From Atractiella rhizophila (lineage: Eukaryota): a DNA stretch of 59,136 nt. Both the position numbers and the translations under genes were made by a program. The notes under the pieces were generated by a model that was not told the DNA's origin, ran no database searches, and saw only the letters and a list, made by a program, of their open reading frames with translations. Where the stretch lies: positions 1 through 59,136 of the forward strand of contig MU271312.1 of assembly GCA_021432655.1 (NCBI GenBank), written 5' to 3'. Positions within the stretch are counted from its first letter, which is position 1; every line of letters begins with the position of its first letter. Positions 13,222 to 24,899 of the stretch are shown piece by piece.

Positions 13222-14041
13222 TGTTAGGGCTGACATTATGTACAGTCACCGATGGGCGATGGGTTTGTAGTGGAGATAAACCTAAGTGCATGATATGACA
13301 TGAGAAGACTAACCCGTAGTGGAGATAAACCTAAGAGGATACTCTAACGTCACCTCCACTCTCTGATCTACATACAAGCAGAATAATACTGCCACAAAGT
13401 GTCGGGCTAAGTGGATGTCAGGCTTGCCCCTGCGCATTACCGAAATGCACCATTTGAAGTCACGTGACCTACTTTACCACGTCTAGGATCACGTGCCTAC
13501 CCATCGCCGCTTTGCTCACGTTCGCGCTGACCGCCGCCTTCCCCTATCTCACACGAATCGCCGCTCAGCAAACCTTACACACCTCGCCAGTCTGCATCGT
13601 CTCGATTATTGCCTTATTATCCTTTCTCACTTGTACTGCTTAGTATGTCTTATTTCCAAGTATTCCCTTTATTGCTTTCCTAATCTAGCTATCATTACAT
13701 GTTTCAAGAAACGTATGTTACAGTTTATGGCAGTGCCTTTACATATGTATATATACATCGAGATGTAGTGGTAGTGACCTCAGAGTATTCTCTTAGGTTT
13801 ACCTCCACTATAGGTCAGTCTTCTCATGCCATACTATCACTTAGGTTTACCTCCACTGCAGACGCATCGCCTATCGGCGACCACACATAGTGTCAGCCCT
13901 AACAGTGGAGATGTGAGCACAAATGGGCGAACGGGAGACGCAGAGTGGCAACGGGGAGCAGAGTAGCAACGAATGCAAACGGACAATAGGAGACGCAATC
14001 TGGCAAACGGGCACCAATTTACATAAGATACAAACCTAACA
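13222..14041 (+). mobile_element. Solo LTR 1 (~326 bp net), interrupted by solo LTR 2
   Basis: TGTTAGGG...CCTAACA termini; 5-bp TSD CTGTG at 13217-13221 and 14042-14046. Confidence 0.9.
13416..13904 (-). mobile_element. Solo LTR 2 (489 bp), related family, nested in LTR 1 in opposite orientation
   Basis: Minus-strand termini TGTTAGGG...CCTGACA; 5-bp TSD GTGGA at 13411-13415 and 13905-13909; shares about the first 150 bp with LTR 1. Confidence 0.9.
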
Positions 14042-14257
14042 CTGTGCTTTCAGAGGTCTACCACAGATGGTGGTACCTCTCTCACAGCTTGCCATACGAA
14101 TGGGTCCAGTTCAAGAGGCTAACAGATACGTAGCAGTGTTCTTCAACTATACCCTGATTGAGAAACCCAGTCCGATGCTATCTCATCAAATCCTCGTTTT
14201 CTTAGGCGTCTTGCTGTCCAGTGCTCGTGTGAGCGCTCTGTTTCGTAGGTAAGCAGC

Positions 14258-14608
14258 TGTCAGGTTTGCATCTTACGCAAATCGGCGCTCGTTCGCCCAT
14301 TCGGCCATTTGTGCCTGCATCACAACTTAGTCCATTTGTGTCTATTCTCCTCTTGTTAACTCCATGTAGTCCCACTGTTACTTCCCCCTTTTAGTTCTCT
14401 TGTATGTTTCATCTGCTCTCCTCTACGCTCTGTGGCAGTGTTATTCCGCTTGTATATATAGATCGAAGGGTAATGGAGGTGACCTTAGAGTATTCTCTTA
14501 GGTTTATCTCCACTACAGGTTAGTCTTCATGTCATATCATGCTCTTAGGTTTATCTCCACTACAGACGCATCACCTGTCGGCGACCGCACATAGTGTCAG
14601 CCCTAACA
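14258..14608 (-). mobile_element. Solo LTR 3 (351 bp) inserted in the copia integrase
   Basis: Termini TGTTAGGG...CCTGACA; TSD GCAGC at 14253-14257 and 14609-14613. Its removal restores the integrase motif EAVKHAA|YLRNR. Confidence 0.92.
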
Positions 14609-16589
14609 GCAGCATGCTTCACTGCCTCTGCCCAGAGCCGTCCTGATAGCTTTCTAGCAAAAAGCATCGCCCTTGCCAGTTCCACCAGTGTCCTGTTCAT
14701 ACGCTCCGCCATACCCAACTGCTGATGCGAGTACGGCGTGCTCACTTCGAGCTCGATTCCTTTTTCGACCTCCAACCAATCGTGTACCTTCTGCCCAATA
14801 AACTCGCCGCCTTGATCAACACGAATCTTCTTGGGAACATGTCCGTATTTTCTTTCAATGAGATTGACATGCGACTGAATTTTCGACAGCACCTGGTCCT
14901 TTGTCTTCATGAACGAGACTGTGGTCCGACGCATGCAGTCATCGGTGAATGAGATATAGTATCGCGAATTTCCAATCGAAGGGACTTGTGAGGGTCCCAC
15001 ATGTTAGAGTAGGTGAGTTCCCCAGGCTGCTCGGCTAGTGTTGACCCTTTGTGTGGATAGGGGTTATGCGCATGTTTTGGTTGGATGCAGGCGCAAACTG
15101 AAGGTGAGCTGGTTGTATCCACATCCATACCATCGACTAATCCCTTCTTGTGCAGCTCTTCCAGCGTTGATATGCCGACGTGACCGAATGCGCGGTGCCA
15201 CTCGTCCCAAGTCTTTGCTGATTTCTCTGCCACCGCCAAAGTCGTCGCCTTGCTTGCATCCAAGTCCAACTGGTAAAGCCTCCCCCTCTTCGTGCCCTGA
15301 GCAAGCAACTGACGGTTCTTGCTCCAGAGTTTAATCTTGCCATGCCCAAATGTTGCTTCCCCGCCTGTGTCGTCGAGTCGTCCAACGGAAAGGAGCAAAT
15401 TCGGTGCGTCAGGTGCGTAGAACATATCCTTGAGCTTCAGGGTCTTTGACTGACTGTTGACAAGGACGTGGAGCGTGTTTGGTCCTCAGAGCATCGCTGG
15501 AATCAGCTCCTTCGAGAGTCTGTGTATCGAGAAGGTTGAGAGAGGTACGCATGCTTCCTTCGTGAAGCCGTCCATACTGTTGCTGATATGCGAGGTAGTG
15601 CCTGAATCGCCGAGCCATACCTTGCATGAGAGTCTTGCGTTGAAATGCTCAGTTCCGTGGAAGACGGAGTCACCGGCTTCATCTTTCGCTTGGTGAGCCT
15701 TCTCCCCTCTTCCCCTGCCTTTCTGATTCTTGCTAGGCCTTTGGGCTTCCTTGCCACTTCCTGCGGACTAACAGTCCGCCTTGAAGTGGCCCTTCTTGCC
15801 ACAGTTGAAACACTCGACACTGGATTTGTCAGGCTTGCTCCCGCCGCTGTGCTGCCCGGTGAGCCTCTTCCCCTTCCCGTACATCGTGGTTTCTAACTTG
15901 CCAGATTTCTCTTTCTTCCTCCTCTCCTCTTTGGTTAGAAGTGACGAAAGCTCATGCAAAGTGATGGCGAGTTTGTTCGAGTTCACACCGAAGTAGGCTG
16001 ATGTAAAGTTGTCCCAGGAATCAGGGAGCAACGCACTGAACGTGTCGCCCATTACATTAAAGTAAGTTCTTCCTGTATCTGCCTGAAGTTTGAGATGTGC
16101 TCAGCCATCAAGAAGCCTCTTCGGCCTTTGTCTTGTACAGCCGTCTTCGTGTCGCCAGGATCCCTTTGATACCTCTTGCCTCTTTCACTGCGCACAAGTG
16201 TGTCCACATCTGCACTGCCATCTTCGCCCCTGTCATGTGTACAAGCTTGCCGTCCGAAATTGTCAGCTCGAAACGGGTCTGCACCTTCCTATCTTTGACA
16301 TCCCATGCCTTGAGGTCATTGAGGTTCATGACCGTTTCTGCCCCATCAGCATCTCTGACTTTGATAGGAACCGGTCTATCTTTCTTCGATCCCATTACGT
16401 AGTCGAGCAGGTCGAGCTCTCGTAAGACTGCGGTGATGCGCCGTTTGTACGCAACCCAGTTCTTTGCCTTGAGTGGCTCGATCTTGAATGCGCCGAGGTG
16501 GTCTTCTGACATGGTGGCTATTAGCGGTAGATTGGTGAGTTGTTTTCTTCGTGTGTATGAATGGTATTGATCTTGCTGGCCAGGCGTTT

Positions 16590-16601
16590 GGGCTCATAAC
16601 A
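16590..16601 (-). promoter_or_regulatory. Primer binding site, half-tRNA(iMet) type
   Basis: TGTTATGAGCCC immediately follows the LTR end (...ACAACA) and matches the GGTTATGAGCCC PBS of Ty5/copia-type elements at 11 of 12 positions. Confidence 0.75.
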
Positions 16602-16861
16602 TGTTGTAAGACTGTGAATACTGATGCGAGGTTTAAGTTGAGAGGAAACAAGAATATTATTATTATTATTATTACTCTCCCAGACTTCAGCATGGTTTAT
16701 ATATCTGAGAAAAGTGTGGCAAACAAATTCTTGAAAGCACACCAATGCATAAGAAATCAGTAAGCAAGGAGAAGTGAGAAGAAAATAGAATCCTCTCAAA
16801 TATGTGGCATCATGTCATTCTTAGTAAGCCATGAATGGTGGTGGCGGGCTGAACTCCAACA
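16602..16861 (-). repeat. Putative 5' LTR of the copia element (~260 bp)
   Basis: TGTTGG...ACAACA termini, abuts the PBS, internal TATATAAA on the minus strand. No second copy in the window to confirm it. Confidence 0.55.
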
Positions 16862-16870
16862 ATAGGAAAT

Positions 16871-17262
16871 CATATGTTTGACATATCTACATTGCTTATT
16901 TTTCCTTCACTTTTTTTGATATTCGCTCAATCTTATTAGGCATTATGCGTAGTAATATCTAGCCTCCAGGCCCACCACTCACCGCCCTCACATCTAAAAT
17001 ATGGTGTATAATGGCAAAGCAATGGGGAATTGCATTTTTTGATACATATGAGGTCAATATTTTTTGCTTCGCTTTTTTTTACTATTAGCTCATTCCTTTA
17101 TGAATTATATGTTGCTGTAGCTTGATCTCAGGCCTTACGTTCGACATACTCACACCTAAGATACAATAGATAATGGCTGGCAAAGTTATGGGCATATGTT
17201 TGACACACATACATTGTGTATTTTTTGCTCCACATTTTTTTAATGTTCACTCATCGTTATTA
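16871..17262. repeat. AT-rich degenerate region with imperfect ~70-bp direct repeats
   Basis: CATATGTTTGACA...TACATTG...TTATT at 16871 and 17193; probably decayed TE sequence. Confidence 0.4.
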
Positions 17263-18040
17263 CATGTTATACAGGGCACCAACAGCATCACATACCTTAC
17301 GTTCAAGCGACTTAACAGGAAAACACATTGTGTATTGATGTCGGAGGGTGCAACTACCTTTCAAGTTTCCACATACCTATATATTTTATTTCATTTTTTT
17401 TGCTTCAGAGACAGACACATTCCTTTCATAGACACTGGATCAGTCTGGATTATATTCATCATGAATCATTAATCATTACTGCATTTTTCCATTCAAGAAT
17501 ATTCGAGGTCGACCGCTTTGTGTTTGCAGCCCGATGCAGCGCAAATCTCCCCGAAATTGAGCGCAGAGCCCTTTTGAGCGCGCTGTTCCGGCTATGGTAA
17601 TATTGCGGCAATAGTCTGCACATTGCTGACAATTACTTAATTTGTGCAAGCTGAGGATGGCAAACTTTGCTTTGTACTATAGAGCGATGTGTGGGTTGTT
17701 GCACTTTGTAGTCGAAATAGAGGATGAAAGAAATGAATAACTAACTATTGTTTTGTTCGACTACAAAGCGCAAGACCCCGCTGAGAAAGGGCAGAAGCGC
17801 TCACCCTAACCAACGAGGATTTGGATAGTACGCTCTATAGACTTGGAGGAAGCAAGGGGACGGGTGGGTGGGACTTAAAAAGAGAACGCGTATTAAGACT
17901 GCTTGCGAGTGAGGAGCAGCAGACCTGAGCGTGAGGCGATGGTCGACTTTGCTTGCAATCAAAGTAAGCGCCTCACGTGCACAAACGCAACTTTCGCTTC
18001 TTCGTGCCTCATTTTCGAAACTTCACTATCTCAGTGCAGA

Positions 18041-20083
18041 ATGCCTCCTTCCCGCGCACTGCAGCACACGGCGGTCGCAGTGTTCATGTCCATCGCGCTC
18101 TACTTCTACCTCACCACAAACACTTTCGCCCCCGACACTGAACAGCTCTTCGTCCATGAATCCGCTTCACATGTCTCCCAAGTGCCGTTTCGTCCCACCT
18201 CCCCAGAACACATCCCTAAAGTCGCAATCATCGGTGCAGGTGCGGCCGGTTCTTCAGCCGCTTTCTTCCTCTCACATCTCTCCTCCTCCGTCTCCACACT
18301 CCCTCCCGTCGACATAACAGTGTACGAACGCCGTCCCTACGTTGGCGGCAGGTCAACCGTGATCATCCCTTTTATCAACAACGACGAGCTCCCACAAGGC
18401 TTTGAGAGTACCCTCGCGGACGATGTCGAGTTGGTGGAACTTGGGGCGTCGATTTTCGTGGAGGCGAATAGGAACTTGTGGAAGATCTCGGATGTGCTGG
18501 GGTTGGAGAGGATTGAAGGATTGGGTGGTGAGAATGGAGGGAAGACTGCCATTTGGAATGGAAGGGAGGTGCTGTTAATGATGGGTGGGAGTTGGATTGA
18601 TAAAGCAAAGGCTTTATGGGTATGTCCGTCTTCCCAAGAATAATTCAAAACTGAGTATTCGATAATAGAGATACGGCGTGTCGCCCCTGCGCGTTGATTC
18701 CTACACTGCAAAAGCCGTAAACGGCTTCCTCGCTGTATACAAGTCAGCATTTACCTCTCTGGGTCCTTTTCCTTCTATCCCATCCTTTCTTCAACGACCC
18801 CCACTCTCGGATGACTCCCTACCTTTTTCCGACCTCGTCTCCAACACATTCTATCCATGGTTCACGTCGAAGGTCTCTTCCTTTGGCCTGTCCACCTACC
18901 TCAAAGAAATTGGCGGTGTCGCCTGCGGAGTCAACTATGGAACGGGAGTGAACGTCATCTCCGCTTTAGGAGGATTCGTTTCCTTTGCGGCCAACGGAGC
19001 GGTACACATCAAAGGAGGCAACAGACTCATGTTTTCCGGCTTCCTCGAGAAGGCGAACGAGCTGTCCGGAGGTAGAGTCAAGCTCGAGCTGGAGACCGCA
19101 GTCTCGTACGCTAAGCAGTTGAGGGACGAGCGGGGAGATGTGATTGGATGGAACGTGAGCTATACAGATTACGCCACCGGTCGTCTGCGAGGGTACGACA
19201 TCTACGATGCCATAGTGCTTGCTAGTCCAATGCAGCTCCTCGAGCCCATGATCACCTTCGACTTCGGCTCTCCTTCGTCCGCTTCGTCCCCCTCGGAAAA
19301 GCCAAGTTCCGTGCGCACTTATGATGGAGCGCACAAAGGGATAGACCTTGTCCCGAAGATGAATTTCGTCCATCTCCACGTCACCATGGTTGTTACGAAT
19401 GCCACAAGGCCGGATAAACAATATTTCGGATTCAAAGATAACGAAGAGGGACCGGGAGGTGTCTATGGCACTTTCGATGCCCTAGATGGGGAAGATGCCC
19501 GTGAGGTCCTGGACTTTCATTCGTAAGCCTCTCTGCTCGGGTCACAGACGACTCAAGAACTGACTATTTGTTCATTCATTCGTTTCAAAGTCTTAACTAC
19601 CTCAAACGCCTAAATACTACTGGCACAGAAGACCTCTTCGTTGTCAAGTTCTTCTCCCTACGCACGCTATCCAAGGAGAAGTTAGGAGAGGTATTCGGAG
19701 GAGTGGGCAACCTGATCTGGGTACTGAGAAAGGAATGGAACGTATACGCCGAGTACGCCTCCCACGTCGTGCTGTCCTCTCCCGTGACGATCCTCTCATC
19801 TGACAATGATGTTTGTGACTAGATTGACTCCCGTGACAAATTCCAAAGATTTTGCAGACTTCCGACTAGCCGAACGTTTATATTAACCTTCCGCCTTTGA
19901 GGTATGCAATCCCTCCTCTCTTTCCGACTCGCTCATTGCTAAAAGTTTTGACAGCGCATCGTCTCCGCGATGGAAACTGCAACAGTGTCGGCGGAAAACG
20001 CTGTCTCATTGCTCGTCCAAGACCTCTTCGGGTACACCAAACGTCGGAGCTGGGTCGAGTGGGAGGATGGGAGGGCAGAGTAA
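18041..20083 (+). CDS. Prenylcysteine oxidase/lyase (FAD-dependent), multi-exon
   Basis: N-terminal hydrophobic anchor; KVAIIGAGAAGSSAAF, VYERRPYVGGRST, VELGASIFVEANRNL, VNYG, IKGGNRLMF, FVHLHVT and C-terminal VSAMETATVSAENAV; stop 20081-20083. Confidence 0.9.
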
Positions 20084-20854
20084 GGAGGATGTCAGCGAAG
20101 TTGCGGCACAGCTAGGTAGACTTACCCTTGAATGCTGAACGTACGACCCGACCACTTCGAGGCAGCGCAAGAGATTTGAACCGGAACCTTTCCAGGATTG
20201 TAGGTGTTGTACAGTATGTTGGGATTGCAGGATTCAGATACGGAAAAGGATTCTGAAGCTAATAACAGTTCGACCTAATATACAAAAGATTGAAGCTAAA
20301 GTTGGGACATACGACCTTGGTGGTGAAATTGAGAACGAAAGATCAAGACGATCACACAACTTCAGTCACTCATTTATCTTGACACCAACTAAGACCAATC
20401 AATCATACGCAGAGATCAAAGGCGAAGGAAGAATTCTTTTTTTATGGATAAAAGACGAATTATGCAGTCGAAACCTGGAGCCCAAGAGACTTGTGAATGA
20501 GGGGAGTTTTCAACGAGAATCAGACTGAAACGCCACTTTAACCCTATGAGCTGAGAAAAATAAGAGGAGCTAACGTCCATTTACCACGGAAAGAAAGAAA
20601 TGGATAGGGATAAGATAATAAGATAATAAAACAACAATTCTCGGACGAGAAAACAATTCTTAACTGGCTCCTGTAAACTCTTGTCTTCTTGCATTGTTCT
20701 TGTTCTTGTTGGTTGTGATAGAAGTTTGACAATGGACGTATTTCGTCAAACCATTCGAGTTTGTTAAGGATTTTGAGTAAAAAATAAACGTCTGCCTCGT
20801 CAGAGGCTCGAAGATCGTTCCACGGGAGAAAATCCGTTCTCGATAGAGAACCAT

Positions 20855-23800
20855 CTAGGCCGTATAAACGAGATTGGTCGGGTAAATGACGCCATCACTC
20901 CTAACCAATAGAATCGGAAGTCTAATGCTTCCAGGGACACTACCACTGAATATGGGAGGTTCAGCAAGCATCACCTCTTCACTTCGAACATGACATTTGG
21001 TGGCGGGTCGATCTCCAAACCAAATCCTATAAGTAGCGTTGAGGTGCTCGCCGAAGAAGGTCATCGTATTCGTTCCATCTTTGGAGAGGTGATACTTCGT
21101 CAAATAGGGGATGTTCGGTCCAACCGGAGCAGCAGGTACAGGAGTGGAGAGGAGATGCGAAAGGTCATGTTGTGGTCGGTTCTGAGGTGCCGATGCGAGA
21201 ACCGGAGGAATGTAGAAGGTATGTCGAACCATATCTATCGAACAAATGTCAAATCTTTGTCCTTCATGAAATGACAGCAAACAACTTACCGATACCGACC
21301 ATAGTCCAAATGCTTGGCTCGCCAGCGTCCACATCCCCGCTCATCAGTCCGTTTCCTTCCTCCACCACGCTCATGGATGCACCTCTCTTCCTAACAGCTG
21401 ACAGGTTCGACTTGCTGACAATACCAGTGCCGGGAACAAGTAGGGAAGCGCTTCTCCTTCCTCTCGAGCTCTTCACCACACGCCCTCCATCGTTCGATAC
21501 GTCCTCCAGTCCTGCCGAACCGTGGGATCTCTGAGAAACACTGGTCTTGACTGCTGCTGCATTCGCCTTCGTAGTAACATCCACCGGTACTGGAGAATGA
21601 ACCCCAACATTATCTCCCAAACAAGCTAGGAATGTGCCCGTCGGTATACCAGTGTTGGGGTCCGTCATCTCCAGAGCGACTTTCTGCATCTGTGCAACCT
21701 GATCTTCTCCTGTAGCTCCATCACCCTGCGACGCAGAAGCGTTCACCAACGGGCCAATGGATACCGAGCTGCCTTTTTCGACGCGGCGAACGACCATTGG
21801 CGGGGAGACAAGGCCGGTGGCGAGACATTGTAAGACGACGGTCTGGTTATAGAGGATTGGTTGGCCGCCTTGAACTACAGGCAAGGCGCTGGAAGGTGGA
21901 CGAGGATAACCGGCTATGGGGGCCTCGGTTGGCTTAGATTGGTTGTTTCGGGACTGGTCGATGGCGTAGATGACAAAGGGATCCCATGCAGAGGTACGGG
22001 AGATGAAGGAAGCTGACGAATTATTGCCTATTGGTGCGCTTCCTGTCATGTAGGCGTAATCTGTGGCTGGGAAACAGGCAGAAGTAGTGGAGACGCAGAG
22101 ATATTTCGTGCTCACTATTCATCATGCATTACTACCTGCTTTCAAATAAAGGGGAAGGGGACGAACAAGATCGAAGTCTGTTGTAAAGGGCGATCGTGGT
22201 TCCATGATGAATGCCCACTTTATATCGGGACATTAGCAACACATCAACTTCAACTTCAAAGAGTGGAGGGACGTACGTTCACAACCTTTCGAACCTCCTC
22301 TCTTCTTGCTCGGCTTCGAAATAACTTTCATCGGTCTGCTCGGGAACACGCCCACTACTCTCTGCTCTTCGGGCCCGTCTCCTGGCATGACCACCTTGAC
22401 GATAGCTTCCACCTTCCTATTCCTCTCCTCTCCGTCTCCAATGTGCAAATTCTTCCCGACGACGCGTCCAGCGATCGGAATGCTTTCAGGTCCGCTCACC
22501 AGCCTCGTTCCGTTTGCAAAGTTGTTATCCGCTCCCTCCAACCTCCCATCAGAGGTCATCCATTCCGTCCAACTCTCTGGACTCTCCGCTTCCCCCGCGA
22601 TGGAGATTGTGATCTTAGGAGCATGGAGGGCATAATCCATCCCCATCGCTCCGTTAGGATTCGGCGCAGCAGATGGCAGGGCAGAGAACCAGGATGCTCC
22701 AAGGATAAATGCGGATGGGGGAGGACACAGGAAGCGTTTCTCGTTCCCATACGACTTTTGTCCGACCTTGCTCGACAGAACAAGAACAGTTCGTTCGCCA
22801 AGAGAGAGGCGGTTGCGAGTTGAAAGGTATTTCTGTACATGCGGTCTGTTTATAACCGTTTATAGGTCAGCTCATGTTCCACTAGAGATATGAGGAGGAA
22901 AGGGGAGACCCCTACCCTGCAAAGGAGACATTCTCCTCCACAAACCCCATGAGCTTGAACCCCTCCTGCACACCTTCCCATCCCTTCCCAACATTTCCAC
23001 TAGCACTAGCAGGAGCCAATCCCTTCCATCCACCACCAACCACGGTTTTCGTCTTATTCGGACTCATACTCAAAGCCGCAAGGTCGGAATAACTGCTCCT
23101 CTGACTGACGCTCAACAACAGACTAGGCGAGCTCAAAGGCGTATCCAACGTGCTCGTGCTCGCAGTCGCCGAGCTGTCGCTTCTATATCGATTGCCCACC
23201 ATCCCTGCTGGAATCGGGATCGAAGGAGGTACACCTCCCAAACGGGAGGTGGCTGAAGAGGGGGAGGGATAGAGGAACTGGACGTCCGCGTATTGGGTTG
23301 GTTGGTTCGGTGTTGGTTGACGAGTAGAGGTCGAGTGGGCGGTAGCCGTGGGTGAGGGGCATGGGAAGGAAGCGGTGGAAATGATGGGTTGGCTCGGATG
23401 TCGTGAGAGGGTTGGTAGAGAAGGATGTCGATGAATCGTAGGTAGCGAGGGCTGGGAATGCATCCTTGGGAGTCCGGGAGGGGGTACGGAGGGAGGAGAA
23501 TACTGCTGTTTCGCCGACGATGCAGCAGTGGGTTGGAAATCCTGCGATCCGACGGTTGCAATGGTTGACATGGAGTTAGAATGGTGGAGAGCGAGACCGG
23601 AAAACTCTGGCTGGGACGGTTGGTGGAAAGGTGGACTGGGAGTCGTGGCCGCTTGCCGTTCTTGTTGGTAATGAAAAGTTTGAGCCAGTCGTTGTGGATT
23701 GGGGCGGGCGAAACTCGAAGTGAAAGGAGCCTGACCGAGTGATCCGGATTCGCTCTGCTTCGCAATGATTCCTCCCATCGCCATGTCGGACATTGACGAG

Positions 23801-24899
23801 GTTGCAGAGAGGTCTTGAGACTGATGAAAATGAGGGGAGATAGAGGGAACTTCCTGCTGCGGGATGAGGGCTAATTCCTGCATTTCGTGAGGCTGATTTG
23901 GAGGGAGAAGTGCGGAATATTCCGGGACTTGAGCTTGAGCTTGTTGAGAATAGCGGACATATGGGTTGGGAGACAGCCGTGGTTGTGAATGAGGGCCGGG
24001 ATGGGAGGGAATAACTGTATATTCGTGCGCCATGTCCTGTGCGCTGGCAGACACCTGCACTTGGCCTTGAGTTTGGTCGTGCTGCTCTGCTTGGGTTAAA
24101 GCCTGTTGGTGCTGTTGCTGCGAGAGGACGAGAGGTTGGTTCTGCGGGTGATGGGTGAATTGTCCTTGCTGCACGAACTGGTGAAGTTGCGGATGTTGTT
24201 GGTGCTGGTGCTATACATAGTGTCCTCATCAGCAAATGTTTCATGAAAGCAGACGTGACGAGGAAAACGTACGGAAGCCTGCGTGACCGTATAGTCCTGA
24301 TACATCCCGTGGGCTCGCAGCTCTCCCACAGTCATTCCACCCATCTCTCCTCCCAATCTCATATGCTGTCTCTCCATCCCATGCTCCAACGGCGGATGAA
24401 CCTGCTGCACACCTTCCTGCGACTGATGATGAATCTGCATCCTCCGCACCTCCTCAATCTCCACCTCCATCTCCATTGGATGCAAGGACGACATGGACGA
24501 CATCGTGGGGACAATCGTTGGAGGCGGGACCACAACTTCAGGCGGGATGACGACCTCGGGCGGGGCGAGTTGTGGTTGCGCGTGTGAGTGCGGAAGAAAG
24601 CCGAAGGCGTGGACTGGCGGCTGGAGGTCGGATAGCTGGAAGGCGTTCGGATTCGGTTGCTGCTCTTGCTGGGCCAGGAGGAGCGGAGGTGACGGTAGAC
24701 CAAGTTCGGACGGTGGAGGATGCGGTGGTGGGGAGTATTGGACTGGAGGGGTCGGCGGAGAATAGATGTCGGCCAGTGTTGATGACTGCTGTTGTTGGGA
24801 ATGGGATTGAGACAACGGATGGGAGAAAGGAGGAGGGATGGAGTCGTAGTATTCGAATTGCGGAGGTTGTGAGTTCGGGGGGTAGTAGATGGCCTCCAT
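20855..24899 (-). CDS. CSL (RBP-Jk/Su(H)/LAG-1) transcription factor, fungal class F2 (Cbf12-like), multi-exon
   Basis: LSSKVGQKSYGNEKRFLCPPP, KVISKPSKKR, VSTKYL, SAWDPF, PILYNQTVVLQC, WFGD, PILLVRSDGVIYP; very long Q/P/S-rich N-terminus. Confidence 0.92.

Larger units (their letters stand above)
13105..14203 (+). pseudogene. Fragment of an F-box gene paralogous to 30087-32306, split by a solo LTR (pieces 13105-13221 and 14047-14203)
   Basis: Removing LTR 13222-14041 plus one TSD gives TNQLLLIPHSHNLPVPLELLFYIFKLWLSFSYSMSAVAVLSEVYHRWW...YVAVFFNYTLIE..PVRCYLIKS (with frameshifts). This aligns to TNQLPLLPHSRDLPIPLELLVYIFELFLTSGYRMSTVAILSQVCRRWW...YGAVLFNHALIENPIRCYLVKS. Confidence 0.85.
14204..16861 (-). 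mobile_element. Degenerate, 3'-truncated Ty1/copia retrotransposon (5' LTR, PBS, gag, protease, integrase; no RT/RNase H)
   Basis: gag from 16512 with zinc knuckle CFNCGKKGHFKADC; protease WLGDSGTTSHI (~15586-15620); WHRAFGH zinc-finger start; integrase IRVDQGGEF and MAERMNRTL. PR-INT order indicates copia. Stops and frameshifts throughout. Confidence 0.93.

Noticed and set aside
13222..13904. MITE with ~150-bp terminal inverted repeats
   Set aside because: The TSDs show two separate LTRs in opposite orientation, one nested in the other; no TSD flanks 13222-13904 as a unit.
13266..14565. Recurrent 20-bp GTAGTGGAGATAAACCTAAG with ~30-nt spacing, CRISPR-like
   Set aside because: Only two units per locus, the spacers are homologous between loci, they lie inside TSD-bounded LTRs, the genome is eukaryotic and there are no cas genes.
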